The notes: a model not told the origin generated them from the sequence alone. DNA of 64,000 nt from Eledone cirrhosa (GCA_964016885.1 OZ024742.1:319796001-319860000); one strand, 5' to 3'. Shown: positions 1 through 14,512, counted from the stretch's first letter. Made by a program: numbers and translations.

Positions 1-58
<58 letters not shown>

Positions 59-71
59 CATATATATATAT

Positions 72-136
<65 letters not shown>

Positions 137-190
137 CAAATATATATATATATATATAAATATGTGTATATATATATATGTATGTATATA

Positions 191-257
<67 letters not shown>
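1..257. repeat. (TA)n microsatellite
   Basis: Near-pure TA dinucleotide run. Dozens of similar runs occur throughout the window (e.g. 431-795, 3518-3594, 56535-56652, 62022-62131). Confidence 0.99.
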
Positions 258-263
<6 letters not shown>

Positions 264-312
264 TTATGAAAATAAAACAAAGAAGCCTTCAATACATCAA
301 AAGTTTTTATTA

Positions 313-350
313 GCCAACAATGTTTCGTCCTATTAAGGACTCATCAGGGC
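313..350 (-). ncRNA. Minimal type I hammerhead ribozyme in a short (TA)n-flanked unit (258-430)
   Basis: Minus strand GCC-CUGAUGA-GUCC(UUAAUA)GGAC-GAAACA-U-UGUU-GGC: full core, 4-bp stem II, short stems I and III. Confidence 0.8.
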
Positions 351-426
351 AATCAAAACCACAAGAAGCACTAATATTTATAATACGAAGAGGGTGTTTA
401 ACTCCAAAACGCTCCAGTATTTTAAT

Positions 427-635
<209 letters not shown>

Positions 636-648
636 TATATGTTATATA

Positions 649-712
<64 letters not shown>

Positions 713-733
713 ATATATATATATATATATATG

Positions 734-797
<64 letters not shown>

Positions 798-989
798 CAG
801 AAGAGTGTTGTTTATCCTAGTAGTTACGTTGTAACCTCTTGAGGATAAGCAGGTCCATGCGATCCAAAGTATTTTAAGACAGTAGTTTATCCCAGGTAGG
901 TGATTATGAGTGACAGAGTATTCATTTATCATATAATGGTAGTTAACACTTCACTACTGGATAGACGTACAATGTGGGGTTTTGCAACA

Positions 990-1720
990 AAATGAACAAA
1001 CGTTAAATTTTGAACAAAAGAAAATTCCCCAATAGAAGGGAAACTTCCGAGAGTTACTCGTGAAGAAAACCCACAAAAAGCCACAGTCACCTTGACCCCT
1101 AAAGTAAGTGCTCCTTCCCAGCTGTCCTCCAATTTACAGGCGCATGCTTAGAGCAGGCCTATGTACTCGGGTCATATTCACCACTCTCACCCACTTTTCA
1201 GACAGCAGGTTGGAATGTAGCACTTCCCTACCCACTCTGATTTTCTTCTTCAAGTGAAATCTGAAAAAGTTAATCAGGTCTTCGCTGAAGAGGAAAGTGC
1301 ATGTCCTCAACCCTTTCAGACGTGTCCACCATATAATCTTTTTCGCCATGGCGACCAGGCAGATAAAAATGTCCTGCTCTTCTCGGCTAAAAGAAAGCGA
1401 TGCGGCAATCTTCATGATGGACTCAGCTGATAGACGGATCCATCCTGCACGTGACGGCGGGTGTTCCACACAAACTCACAAGTCAGCAATACTCAGACAC
1501 TCGACGAATGCGAGCAGGACGGTTTCGTCGTCCTGCGCGCATCTCGGACAGGCCCGGCTGACGGCGTATACAGGCCTACAGAGTTTATCTCAAACTGGTA
1601 ATGTTACTCGGTAGCATTGACAGACCAGGGATTTTTGGAAGTTATCCATGGACCCTGGACCTAAACTCCCCCGGAAAAGAATAGCTAGTTGGTTTTTGTC
1701 ACCGCCCAGAGTCCCTACAC
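990..1720 (-). mobile_element. Diverged L1/Tx1-clade LINE 3' fragment
   Basis: Translates to PGSMDNFQKSL..CYR and VAMAKKIIWWTRLKGL..FFRFHL, homologous to the C-terminus of ORF2 at 17752-21213. Confidence 0.85.
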
Positions 1721-1840
1721 AATAAAAAAAATATGGAAAATGATACATTAGATAATGTAATATTACAAAAAGCTTGAAAAGACGGAATACTCATAGTTGG
1801 AATAATTTTGATCACTGGTATTTTTCAAATCAAAATTCAA

Positions 1841-2140
1841 TAACAGCAACAGCAACAACAGCAGCAACAACAACAGCAGCAGCAACAGCAACAGCAGCAG
1901 CAGCAACAGCAACAACAATAACAACTGCAAATAGAGCAGAAACAACAACAGCAAAAAACAGCAGAAACAACAACTCCAGCCGGAGCTGAATTTATAACAA
2001 TAGCATTAAACAACAACAACAACAACAACAATAACAACAGCAGCAGCAGAGCATGAAAAAGAATAACATCCAAAGCAATAAAGCAACAGCAGCAAGCCAC
2101 TTTATTAACAGCAGCAGCAATAACAACAACAATAACAATA
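1841..2140. repeat. (CAA/CAG)n trinucleotide low-complexity tract
   Basis: Degenerate CAA/CAG/TAA triplet repeats. Confidence 0.9.
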
Positions 2141-2259
2141 AATGAACACCTCTACTAGAACAGAAAATTATTTCTCTAAATGTGCACAAATATGGTTGAT
2201 GACTAATTGCTGGTAAACAAAACGTTCGTGATTTGTTTGCTATTTCCACCTGCATTTGC

Positions 2260-2315
<56 letters not shown>

Positions 2316-2636
2316 CGAGTCGGACAATTGGATTTCGTCTAGCTTCTCTGCAATTCACCCACCCAATGAATTTACAAAAATCCTATGTTGTAAATACGAA
2401 TCTGCAAATCAGAGTGGATACAAAAAGTTACATAGTGAATAAACAGATTAGTGTGGAGAGAAAAAATTTTCCCAACTGTAAAGTTTCATTCGCTCAGAAA
2501 CATGTTGATTGTTCCTCGATGCCAGCGTTGAACAAATGGGTGACGCGTGGTCATCGGCACAACACAGCTTCATTGGACCGTTTGCTTGGAAACGAATCGA
2601 ATATTATTATTATACGTACATATGTATATATATGTG

Positions 2637-2789
<153 letters not shown>

Positions 2790-2821
2790 AATGAGAGGTA
2801 TAGAGATTATATATATATATA

Positions 2822-3512
2822 TAAATGTAATCTGAGTTTTTCGAATATTAATGATAACATTCGATTCGTTTGCAATTTTGCAAACAAGCCTCAATTCTGA
2901 TCGGCCTGATTTGCATATTAGCAGACTGGCTGATCAGTCAGATTTGCATATCAGCAGACTGGCCAGTCAGTTTCCTGTATGCGAGCGATAAATGGCCGGC
3001 TTTGCCAAATTCAAATAAAAAAGAAAATTTCGCTCTACATGGCTGACTACAATAAATGTGATCTGAGTTTTTCAAATATTAATGATAACATTCGATTCGT
3101 TTGCAATTATGCAAACAAGCCTCGATTTTATAGCCATGTCAGTAGAATGAACACTTCATTCTTGCTCTTGTGTTGGCATGTGAACAGAACTGCAGGCACT
3201 AATGTTTCTGGGTATCACCTTTCATCAGTACAGCTCACTGTTCACCTGCCAAACTGTCAGAGCTAGTGAAATATATGCTAATTTCAAAATCTCTGACAGT
3301 GAGCTGTACTGATGAAAGGTGATACCCAGAAACATTAGTGCCTGCAGTTCTGTTCGCATACCAACACAAGAGCAAGAATGAAGTGTTCCTTCTACTGACA
3401 TGGCTATAAAATCGAGGCTTGTTTGCATAATTGCAAACGAATCGAATGTTATTATTAATATTTGAAAAACTCAGATCACATTTATTGTATTCAGCCATGT
3501 AGAGCGAAATTT

Positions 3513-3518
<6 letters not shown>
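2822..3518. mobile_element. Non-coding HHR-bearing fold-back unit, family A (PLE pLTR-like)
   Basis: 3020-3260 is inverted at 3290-3518. HHR CUGUA-CUGAUGA-AAGGUGAUACCCA-GAAACAUUAGUGCC-UGCAG at 3304-3347(+) with a mirror copy on (-). Second locus at 36885-37570. Confidence 0.75.
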
Positions 3519-3598
<80 letters not shown>

Positions 3599-3629
3599 TA
3601 TATGTATATACATATACATATATATAATA

Positions 3630-4835
3630 TTATAGGGTATAAAACTGATGGATCAGGTTATGAAAGTGGCAGAAAGGATATTAGCACAACTAATTAGAGA
3701 AAGGGTCAAACTAGATGAGATGCAGTTTGGTTTTGTGCCTGGGAAGAGTGCAACAGATGCCCTCTTCTTGGTGAGACAATTGCAAGAGAGGTTCTTAGAG
3801 AAAAATAAGCCACTATACTTAGCCTTTGTTGACCTAGAGAAGGCCTTTGATAGGGTACCCCGATCTGTCATCTGGTGGTCCCTAAGGAAACTAGGTGTTG
3901 AGGAATGGCTTGTGAGGACAGTGCAAACTTTGTACAGAGGTACTCTCAGTAAAGTCAGGGTAGGAATGGAGTTTAGTGAGGAATTCCAGATACAAGTAGG
4001 AGTACATCAAGGTTCGGTCCTCAGCCCGCTCTTGTTCATTATAGTCCTCCAAGCCATAACAGAGGAGATTAAGACTGGCTGTCCATGGGAACTTCTCTAT
4101 GCTGACGATCTGGTTCTTATAGCAGAATCAGTAGAGGAGCTAGAGAATAAATTCTGGCTATGGAAACAGCAGTTGGAAGCAAGAGGACTGAGAGTGAACC
4201 TAGCTAAGACAAAAGTGTTGATGAGTAGAAAAGAGGACAAAACTCTGATTCTGTCAGGGAAATGGCCATGTTCGATATGCAGAAAAGGAACTGGCATAAA
4301 TTCTATAAAATGCACACAATGCAGATCCTGGGTACACAAGAGATGTAGCGGGATAGCAGGCAAACTAACAGGTAGGGAGAAATATGTATGCAGTAGATGT
4401 ACAGGGAAATTAGACAGTAGAAGTCGCATTGGTAGACACATTTTTCAAATGTAGGCGGGTGCTATAGAAGTGGTGGATAGCTTCCGGTACCTAGGAGATC
4501 AGATTAGCATGGGAGGAGGGTGTTCCGAGGCCATAGTATCTAGAATAAGGACAGGTTGGAAGAAGTTTAGGGAGCTGCTTCTTCTGCTGACGAAGAAGGG
4601 TTTCTCCCTGCGTACGAAAGGCCGGTTGTATGATGCCTGTGTGAGGAGCGCGATGCTGCATGGTAGTGAGACATGGGCAGCAACTGCAGAGGATATGCGA
4701 TGGGTGGAGGTGGTGAGAACAGACCTCAGATCGTTGAAGCTCACGGTGGAGATGACGAAGGACCGTGACGAGTGGAGAGATGCTGTGCTGAATAAGACCC
4801 GTCCCACCCTTGCGAGCAGGGAAGAGCGGATGTAA
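3630..4835 (+). mobile_element. RTE-clade LINE fragment (RT + Cys-rich insert + C-terminus), 5'-truncated and internally deleted
   Basis: ORF 3648-4454 has QFGF, AFVDLEKAFDRV, GVHQGSVLSP and YADD; ORF 4470-4835 has FRYLG and LHGSETW; (GAT)n tail after 4838. Confidence 0.92.
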
Positions 4836-5060
4836 AATGATGATGATGATGATAATATATGTAGTAAGAAAATCGTGTGTCTAATATTACGAGGGTTGAA
4901 GAACCACATTTGTTTGAAATATTTAACCATGAAGCAGACAGAATGATAGAATAAAATAAAATTATATTATACAAACCGCCTCAATAGCTATTATATCTCT
5001 CGGACAGATTAGGGATTAATTACAGGGTTTCAGTATGAGTTATTAACTGTAACTTTCATT

Positions 5061-5109
<49 letters not shown>

Positions 5110-5586
5110 CGGCGATGAATTAGTTTTGCGAGGTTTTTGATATGAAATCGTGTGTCGAAACAAATATTGTTATACTTGGGAAGGGTCATATTTGTGTAAT
5201 ATTGCCAGAATTAATAACAGAACACACTCACTGTTTGGTTGGTTTTCGCTTTTCGCTTCTGTGTCTTTTATATCGGTAATCTAATCTATTCGGTCCTCAA
5301 TGTTGCCATTGACTGACCGACGGTCAAAAATAATACAGATACAATATAGACACAAACACATATATATATAGTTTATCAAAGTTCTTTCGTTGCACATCTG
5401 CAACATCGTCAGTGGTGCTATTGTTTCCTCCTGTTACATTGTATTTTCTACGCCATCTTTATTTAGTCTGTTTATATATTTATTTGTTTGTTTATTTTAT
5501 TTTGTCTTCTTTGCGCATGCGTTTGCGTGTGTGTATAGTGTTATTAATTCTGGCAATATTACACAAATATGACCCTCCCCAAGTAT

Positions 5587-5592
<6 letters not shown>
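5110..5592. mobile_element. HHR-bearing unit with inverted ends (relative of family E)
   Basis: 5165-5217 is inverted at 5540-5592. HHR 5375-5416(-): CUGACGA-U-GUUGCA(GAUG)UGCAAC-GAAAGAACUU. Confidence 0.7.
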
Positions 5593-5659
<67 letters not shown>

Positions 5660-5662
<3 letters not shown>

Positions 5663-5900
5663 AGAAAGTGAGGTTTTTTTTACAAAATGAAAAATAACCG
5701 AGGTGTCCTACACGAGTGAAAGTATAAAGAAAAAAGATGAAATCGAAAATGCAACTGGAGACTTATTTTTAAAAAAATATATATATTTATTTGGTACCTT
5801 TACCGGTTTCGCAGTTCTTCTGCTTTTCAAAAGTAGAGTTGAGATGGAGGGTCTGAGGTTTGTCTCACATCTGGTGATGTGAGAAAAACCACATATATAT
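5660..5900 (-). mobile_element. pLTR-like unit with degenerate HHR
   Basis: Minus strand CUU-UUGAAAA-GCAG(AAGAA)CUGC-GAAACCGGUA-AAG at ~5798-5843. A similar degenerate motif is at 11934-11970(+). Confidence 0.5.
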
Positions 5901-5902
5901 TT

Positions 5903-5935
<33 letters not shown>

Positions 5936-5951
5936 GTATATATATATATAC

Positions 5952-6006
<55 letters not shown>

Positions 6007-6054
6007 CATATATATATTTATATATATATATGTATATGTATATATATATATGTA

Positions 6055-6164
<110 letters not shown>

Positions 6165-6655
6165 TTCTAGGGCGGGTAAAATTCCCGAGATCCATGGACG
6201 AGTTCTCTCCAGCGGTCTCTGTCCCTCATTATTTCTGCCATGTCCCGCGACTCCAACAGACCAGTGTCTGTCCTTAGGGCATCAACATACGTTAACCTTG
6301 GTCTTCCTCTTCCAGTGTGTCCATGTAGGGGCTCCCACATGAGCACTGAATGCAATGTCAGCAGCTTGAGATCGGTGTGGAAGTCGGACCTTCGTAAAGA
6401 CCTGAAAATCTGCCTTTTCATTGCTGTAGTGGAGTCTGTGCTGCCGTACGGGTCTGAGACTTGGACACTGACCAATAAACTCACTCAGATGGTGGATGGG
6501 TGCTACACGAGAATGGTGAGGATGGCTCTGAACATTAATCAGTATACACTGAGGATGAAAAACTCAGAGCTGTATGGGAGCCTCCCAAAAGTCAGCTCAA
6601 AAGTGACACAGAGGAGACTGAGGTTAGCTGGACATGCTCACGGACATCCAGAGTT

Positions 6656-6658
<3 letters not shown>
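6165..6658 (-). mobile_element. RTE-like LINE 3' end with 5' inversion
   Basis: Plus part encodes [11 protein letters not shown]...[16 protein letters not shown]; minus part continues [19 protein letters not shown] and ends in a (TATC)n tail. Homologous 3' end at 23765-24000(+). Confidence 0.85.
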
Positions 6659-6728
<70 letters not shown>

Positions 6729-6729
6729 G

Positions 6730-6855
<126 letters not shown>

Positions 6856-7211
6856 ACTTTTTTTTCAGATAAATAATTTTCTACTTCATTTATTGTTTCT
6901 ACTCTTTTCAGATAAATAATGCAAAACATTAAATTGACTCAGCAAATTGACTCAGCGCTGTAATAGTTGCCTTAAAAGTGCAGCATGGTGATAGAGTGAT
7001 AGCTTCCTTCATGAAAGTTGTCTGATCCTTCATCGTCAAAACTAGAAAGGATCTAGACATTTTTGACGGCGATCCAACATCAGCAGCCAAGCGCAAAACG
7101 CACAATCAGACGCCTAAGTTTGTAAAAAAAAGTTCAAATATTAACCGGTAAAACCACACACAACACACACACACACACACATATATATATTTATGTATAC
7201 ATACATACATA

Positions 7212-7295
<84 letters not shown>

Positions 7296-7720
7296 GAGGG
7301 GAGAGAGAGGGGGAGAGAGAATGTGAAGCTGGAAATAGCACGGAAAATATATTTTAGGGTTTGTTTTTCTTTTTTTTATCCTTTGATTAAATCCATAGTC
7401 GATTTGCCGCGCTTCTCTTCGTCTCCGTCCAAAAAATACCTGTCTGACTGAAATCCTCTTGAATTGTTCGGTGCCAGGTGTACCTGTGTCGGCCCCTCCT
7501 TTTTCTTTTCCGCTGTTCGTCACATTGTAGTTCTTGCATGGTGGCTAGCAGGCACAAAATCTGACGTAACTGAGATTTGCTCGCAAATGAATTTCTTCAT
7601 TTATTACCTTGTTTTCCCAAGGGAACGGTGAGAATTCTCTGTAGGCAACGTATAATTGAATTGAGGATATACATATTGGCATGGATACCACTATGGATAT
7701 TACCTTCCAGTGTTCTACCA

Positions 7721-7763
<43 letters not shown>

Positions 7764-7764
7764 G

Positions 7765-8370
7765 GAAAAAATGAAACGAAATTTCATTTCCCACTCTTAG
7801 TACGGCTGTTACTTAAATATAAGTATGTACACGTACATACATATATGTATACAGACGTACAGTAGTATGTATATATATATATACATACATGCACACATAT
7901 ATATATGTACGTATGGATTCACCGAACATTTATTATAATGCTCGGTGTGTTTGTAAACAAACATCCCGTATTAAGCCGTAGTGTCTAGCAACCATCGTTG
8001 CTCGTTTGTTCAACACTGACAAAGGAACGCTGTACTAGTTTCAAGCTTATTAGCTATCGTCAGCATCATATACCTTCCTGTCAGATGATTGAACGTTTGA
8101 AAGTATATACTTTCATTATGCATATTAACGGCTGAGCAGCCTAATTTGCATATCGAGTGAGTTAGACCGTCGGGCGCACCGAAAACAAACCGAGCATTGT
8201 AATAAATGTTCGGTGAATCCATACGTACATAAATATATGTGTGCATGTATATATATATATACATACTACTGTACGACTGTATACATATATGTATGTACGT
8301 ATACATACTTACATTTAAGTAACAGCCGTACTAATAGTGACAGATGAAATTTCGTTTCATTCTTTTCCAT
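7765..8370. mobile_element. Family U non-coding HHR unit with inverted duplication
   Basis: 7765-7950 is inverted at 8185-8370. HHR 8029-8067(-): CUGACGA-UAGCU(AAUA)AGCUU-GAAACUAGUA. Homologous to 26245-28200 and 63240-63592. Confidence 0.75.
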
Positions 8371-8377
8371 ATATATA

Positions 8378-8512
8378 TAATTGTTTCTACTTTTGGCACA
8401 AGGCCAGCAATTATCTCAGTGCATTACTGGTACTTTATTTTATCGACCCCGTAAGGATGAAAGGCAAAGTTAACCTCAGCGGGATTTGAACTCAAACCAT
8501 AAAGGGCCGTAA
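8378..8512 (-). mobile_element. tRNA-derived SINE (5'-truncated)
   Basis: Reverse complement carries B-box GAGTTCAAATCC followed by GAGGTTAACTTTGCCTTTCATCCTTACGGGGTCGATAAAA..AAGTACCAG, same as 31487-31866. Confidence 0.85.
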
Positions 8513-8513
8513 C

Positions 8514-8604
<91 letters not shown>

Positions 8605-8610
<6 letters not shown>

Positions 8611-8840
8611 AAACAAGGACGAGTGATTACTCCTTCATTACGTTTATTGGTTGGTGACGGTTCGTCAGACCCCTTATAATGGTATTACCATTATAAGAGG
8701 TCTGACGAGCCGTGGATTACAGAGTCGGGCTAGATCGATACAGATTGAACCTTGAGCTGATCAGTGGCGAAACGTGCGTCACCAACCAGTAAATGTAATG
8801 AAGGCGTAACCACTCGTCCTTGTTTCATTTTATTATAATA
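8605..8840. mobile_element. Palindromic HHR unit
   Basis: Arms fold around ~8685. HHR 8698-8783(+): GGU-CUGACGA-GCC..(~55 nt)..GGC-GAAACGUGCGUC-ACC. Confidence 0.75.
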
Positions 8841-9019
8841 CACTCTGTCTAGCTCTACACCTCGACACAGAAGTGAACCTGAACATCGAGTGCTCACCCG
8901 GGTGGACCTACAATAACTTCACGTTACACCCTGTATATATATATGTGTGTGTGTGTGTGTATGTGTGTGTGTGTGTATGTGTGTGTGTTTGTGTTTGTAT
9001 TTGTGTGTGCGTGTGTGTA

Positions 9020-9050
<31 letters not shown>

Positions 9051-9378
9051 GTGCAGAACATGTGGGAAATTTTGAAATGTTTGGGTCCCAACACAAATGA
9101 CCATAACAATAGTCGATTACTATAAATAATAATTGAGAAAAATGAGTTGAAATACGGAGACGGAAAAAGACATTGGAAAGAGGCACCTTCAAAGTATTGA
9201 ACTTCGGGTACCACTATGCTAAGAAGCCGCTGGTCACCAATCTGGCCTTTTAGAAGATCTCAAGCATGCAGCTAGAAGTAGAGACAAAGCAGTTGACTTA
9301 AGAAACATAGAAAATCGTGGTAAGTACTCTCGGAGACGGAAAAAGTGAACAGAGACTATTATTTATAGGTATCGATTA

Positions 9379-10126
9379 CACTGGTCAACAAAATTTTGCC
9401 TTTTTTCTGCTGACCTAAGTTTGAAACCTGTTCTTGAGTAATTTGTGAGCTCTGAGTTTCAAAATGACAATACTTATTTTCTAATAAGTCAAGTTTTTTT
9501 AAGAAATAACACACGTATTCAGTAGCATAACTTCATTACGAAGAAAATGTTTGCATTCCCCGGACTCCTTCTGCTATATATGCAGTAGTTTTACAGTACC
9601 AAGTCAATGAATAAACATTAGCATACTTGGCTTACTTTAAGCTTAGACTTGGTGATCAGGATAAATCGTGTGCCCCGCACAATGTATGTAAACCATGTGT
9701 CGAAAATCTACGTCAATGGACAAAGGACACAAAGAAACAACTAGCATTTGGCATTCCTATGGTATGGCGGGAGCCAAAGAGCCATGCAGAAGATTGCTAC
9801 TTTTGTCTCACAAAGACCTCTGGTTATAGCAAGAAAACTCGACAGAAAATACGTTACAAATCTGGATTCCGCAATTCGTCCTGTGCTTCACTCAAATGAA
9901 GTACTAGTACCTGTTTACACAGAATTACCTTTACTGGAAAATAAAAATGATATATGAGTATCAGATGAAAATCATGAACATAACAGTGATACTGACTTTG
10001 TAGCTACAGCAACCAAGGAACGTGAAAACTTCAACTAGGCAGAACTGAATGATGTGCTGTAGAATGAAAACCTGATGTGTTGGGAAAAATTGGATGCTAA
10101 GTCAGCAAAATGAGTGTTGACCAGTA
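9379..10126 (+). mobile_element. Chapaev3-like (CMC) DNA transposon, internal-deletion derivative
   Basis: Termini CACTGGTCAACA...TGTTGACCAGTA flanked by TTA on both sides. Disrupted transposase N-terminus PDSFCYIC, LGDQDK..APH.VC..C, PMVWREP..H..DCYFC. Confidence 0.8.
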
Positions 10127-10309
10127 TTATTATTATCACGTGCATTATATATGCGAGTATAATGCCAATGGAATGTAAGCCCCGTTTGGGCTATCGCGTA
10201 TATCTATACCCAACCTACAATTTAATATGCATCGAGTACTACCCTGATTTGTGGCATTCCCGGTCTTCGAAATGTGAATACCTCATATGTATGTATGTAT
10301 GTATGTATG

Positions 10310-10590
10310 TATGTTATCTCTTTCTCTTAATTTCGAGTATATTTTTTTGACCGGCCACCTTCCTGGTGGCAAGGTTGTAAAAGAAAAGAAATTGTCATCC
10401 CTTGAATCGCAAGAATGTTTTGCAAATTTTGAAGGTGCCAGCTATCGCAGCCATTTGTAGACTATGAATTAGGGAGCTGCGCTTTTTGTCCGCAAATCCA
10501 AGTTCAGTCATACTTTGGTCCAAGCGGGTTGGTATATAACCCGTAGCTCCAATAATGATGGGTATGAAGCTAAAGGTGTATCTTGGATAC

Positions 10591-10592
<2 letters not shown>
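10310..10592 (-). mobile_element. R4/Dong-like (RLE endonuclease) LINE 3' end in (CATA)n
   Basis: Minus frame YPRYTFSFIPIIIGATGYIP...LQMAAIAGTFKICKTFLRFKG* resembles the RLE C-terminus; (TATG)n on both sides. Confidence 0.7.
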
Positions 10593-10621
<29 letters not shown>

Positions 10622-11074
10622 CAGGTCACCAGTTGGTGCTACTGGTAACATGTAACCCAGTACTACCTGTCTCATGGTTGGGTCTTCGGCGACTAAACCG
10701 GCAACCCAACTAAGCTTGCTTGGTGAGGAGGGTGATATTTTGACACCCTGCGGGATAAAATGCAAGACCCGGCAAAGGGCGGAGGAACTCAGCAGAGTCA
10801 ACGGCCATCCAAATAGTACATTTTTTTTCATCACGTGGGAGTGAAAGATCCCCAGTTGTTGTCACAACACCTTTCTAAGAGAGGGAAACTCTGAAAAAAA
10901 AAAACCTGCGGCTTCGGAAGCATCCGATGATGTTGACCAGTTCTCCTTTTCTGGTAGTGTTTTCGGCGCTCAGAGAGTGGGATTGGTCGAGTGCAAGGCC
11001 TTTCCCCATTTAAAAGAGCAGTGCGCTTAACCCAAATAGCGTGGTTGCGAAGTGAACTCCTTAGCCATGCATAT

Positions 11075-11141
<67 letters not shown>

Positions 11142-11572
11142 AATTTAAATGGGTTACATTTTTAACACAATATCTTACTTTCTTCTTGCCGTTTCCCCTT
11201 TCTTTTTCTTTTTTTCTTCTTTTTTACCTCCCTTTTTTCAGTCTCACGAGACTATCGTTGCTATAAAAAGCAGAATACCTTCTGGCCGTCACTTAAAACT
11301 TCATGTGTACCTGTTATGGCTTAATTGCTGTAAGTTAATGTTTTGTCTTGTCTTTTACCCCACGGACAGCGGTTTGGCTTGTTTTTCAAACGCTGCGATC
11401 CCATTGGTAGGGGTCGAAACTGCCAAAATCCATTTCAACGGCTGAAGACCTGGGAGTTTGTCTTTCGTTTGTCTTTTTATTTAAAAAGTTTTTTTCAAGG
11501 TTTCCCCTATAAAAGTTTGTTTTTTTGTTCTGTCTTGTTTTTGTTTGTTGTCTTCTCTTTTTTCAATTATCC

Positions 11573-12142
<570 letters not shown>

Positions 12143-12230
12143 TGAAAAATTGAACAGGGACAGAACAGAGAGGCAGTACGATAAATGTTTATTAAATTCA
12201 CGCTCAGGAGAGTGGGATATTTATATTTAT

Positions 12231-12321
<91 letters not shown>

Positions 12322-12324
<3 letters not shown>

Positions 12325-12510
12325 AATGGCTTCTACAGGACTAGAACTGTTTCATTCGGGAGAAATCGTCAGGAAGCCCTGATGATTTCTCCCGAATGAA
12401 ACAGTTCTAGTCCTGTAGAAGCCATTTCTATATTAAATATTTATACTCTGCTATGTATTGAGTACCTTACTTACTGTGGTTACCCCCGATTGGACCCGGG
12501 ATAAACTTAT
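12322..12510. mobile_element. Palindromic HHR unit
   Basis: Near-perfect hairpin 12322-12432 with back-to-back CUGAYGA-UUUC(UCCC)GAAU-GAAACAGUU cores on both strands. Related fragment at 45548-45660. Confidence 0.7.
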
Positions 12511-13040
12511 ATATATATACGTGCAAAAGGTTCAGTAAGTCCGAAGACAACTGGTGAGAGTACCAATGTCAGCACTCGATGCAGAGCAGAGTGTATATAA
12601 TAAAAACAAAGTATGTATTGCTCAACCCGGTTACAAATGTTTTTCAGGCAGCCGGCTCGTGATCTGGCGGTCATCTCAGACCAGACTCTAAGTCTGCCTG
12701 ATCCTCAGACCACTGTTAACGCATCAAAAATCACATCAAATCTGTGGACGAACCAGCCAGACACAAACAAGGATCAGGCGCACTTGGAGTCTGGTCTGAG
12801 AAACATTTGTAACCGAGTTGAGCAATAAATCTCATGTGTAACATCTCCACTTTGTTCTTATTATGTATATAATCTGTGGTACGGGGACTGGGAAGACCAC
12901 AATCAGAGAAGTGCTCGATACATATTACGATGCAGGGTGGGTATACTAGTGAGATAGAAGATCGAGCGCGAGCTCGGGTGGTTTGGACTAGCAGAAAAGG
13001 CCCGAGCTCGCGGTCGATCCTCAACTTCACTAATGTATAG

Positions 13041-13096
<56 letters not shown>

Positions 13097-13714
13097 ATGA
13101 CCTTTGCTGAGGAGGAGCTACATGTTTGATTGCTGTTGGTGTGTGATCGATTTCTAGTGACATGTAATTTTTTTTCATCGACTCCTGCCATAAATCATTT
13201 GATAACAAATAAAATTTTCATTAATTTTTTTTTATCTACGACTCTTTCATCCCAAAACGCCTAAAACTCCCTTCCGCCATAGTTTTATGTAAGAACTTTT
13301 AAGCTATGTTCAAAACACCAGCTTAAAAATATAAAATATATGGCAGTGTCTGTCTGGCTTTTTAAGCAAGGCGATAGGTCGGTTTTGTACACTGCACACT
13401 TGCCCACTGGTACGTACCGCAATACATCCGTCAGTGAAGTACAAGGGTCACAATTCGAAACATTGATAGTGGCAGTGACCCTGAGCTTATCATCACCTTT
13501 GTAGTGTAATACGAGCACATTGTGTGTGCATAAGTCACGAAAAATTCCATTCCAGAGCTGTGCATTCCAGATGCAAAAATAAAGGCAATGTTACTGGCAG
13601 TGTTAGGCAGAGAGCTGAGCTGTTATATTTGCAACAGTTAACCCAGCGTAAGGAATATTTGCCACGAGGAATTAGAAAGGCAGAGAAATAAAAGAATAAT
13701 CAGCTCAGTTTAAT

Positions 13715-14080
13715 AATCATCATCATCATTACAATCGTCATTTACATTATTATCGCCACTAACTCCATCAACTACTCAGCTACAACCACAACCATCATCA
13801 TCATCATCACTATCACCATCACTATCAAAATCCTCGTATTTACTATCATGCTCATCATGATAATCATAATCGTCATTGTCTTTATCACAACCATCATCAT
13901 CACCGATATCACTATCACCTTTATCATCGCCTTTACCATCACCGTCACCATCACTAACACCAAATTGAAATCATCACTATCACCATCATTATCACCATCA
14001 CCATCATCATCACTATCACCAACATTGTCATCATCACCACCACCATCACTATCATTATCACGAATACCATCATCATCATC
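13715..14080. repeat. (ATC/ACC)n low-complexity tract
   Basis: Degenerate CAT/CAC triplet repeats. Confidence 0.9.
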
Positions 14081-14245
14081 GACACGTTCTTTCGACACTC
14101 ACTTCCATCGATCTGCATAAATTTAATTCCTCATTTCAGCCTGTGTGTGATTTACGGAAGAAGCAAATTGCCATATATGGACATCTATACGTGCCGTGTA
14201 AATAAAGGCTAGAAGTGTCTGTGTTATAGATGAGTAAGCAAGCAG

Positions 14246-14512
14246 TTACACAGATACACAGCTAGTCAGATACACAGATAAATAGGTAGGTACACATATA
14301 CACAAATACAGAGATAGACAAATAGGCATACAGAGATAGATAAATACAGAGATAGACAAATAGGCATACAGAGATAGATAAATACACAGATGGACAAATA
14401 GATAGATGCACAGTTGCACAGATGCACGGATGCACAGATGCACGGATGCACAGATGCACGCATAGACAGAGAGACAGACGCACAAATATACAGATATACA
14501 GATAGATAGATA
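14246..14512. repeat. Degenerate GATA-based minisatellite
   Basis: Repeats of CAGAGATAGA(C/T)AAATA and GATGCACA/GATGCACG ending in (GATA)n. Confidence 0.8.

Noticed and set aside
10620-10810. Possible LINE 5'UTR with HDV-like ribozyme
   Set aside because: GC-rich and repeat-like, but I could not assemble the nested double pseudoknot by eye.
11385-11450. GATCCC..GGGGTC-GAAAC hammerhead-like hairpin
   Set aside because: No intact CUGANGA or stem I.
13285-13700. Unique-looking sequence as a host exon
   Set aside because: No recognisable protein and no convincing splice-site pair.
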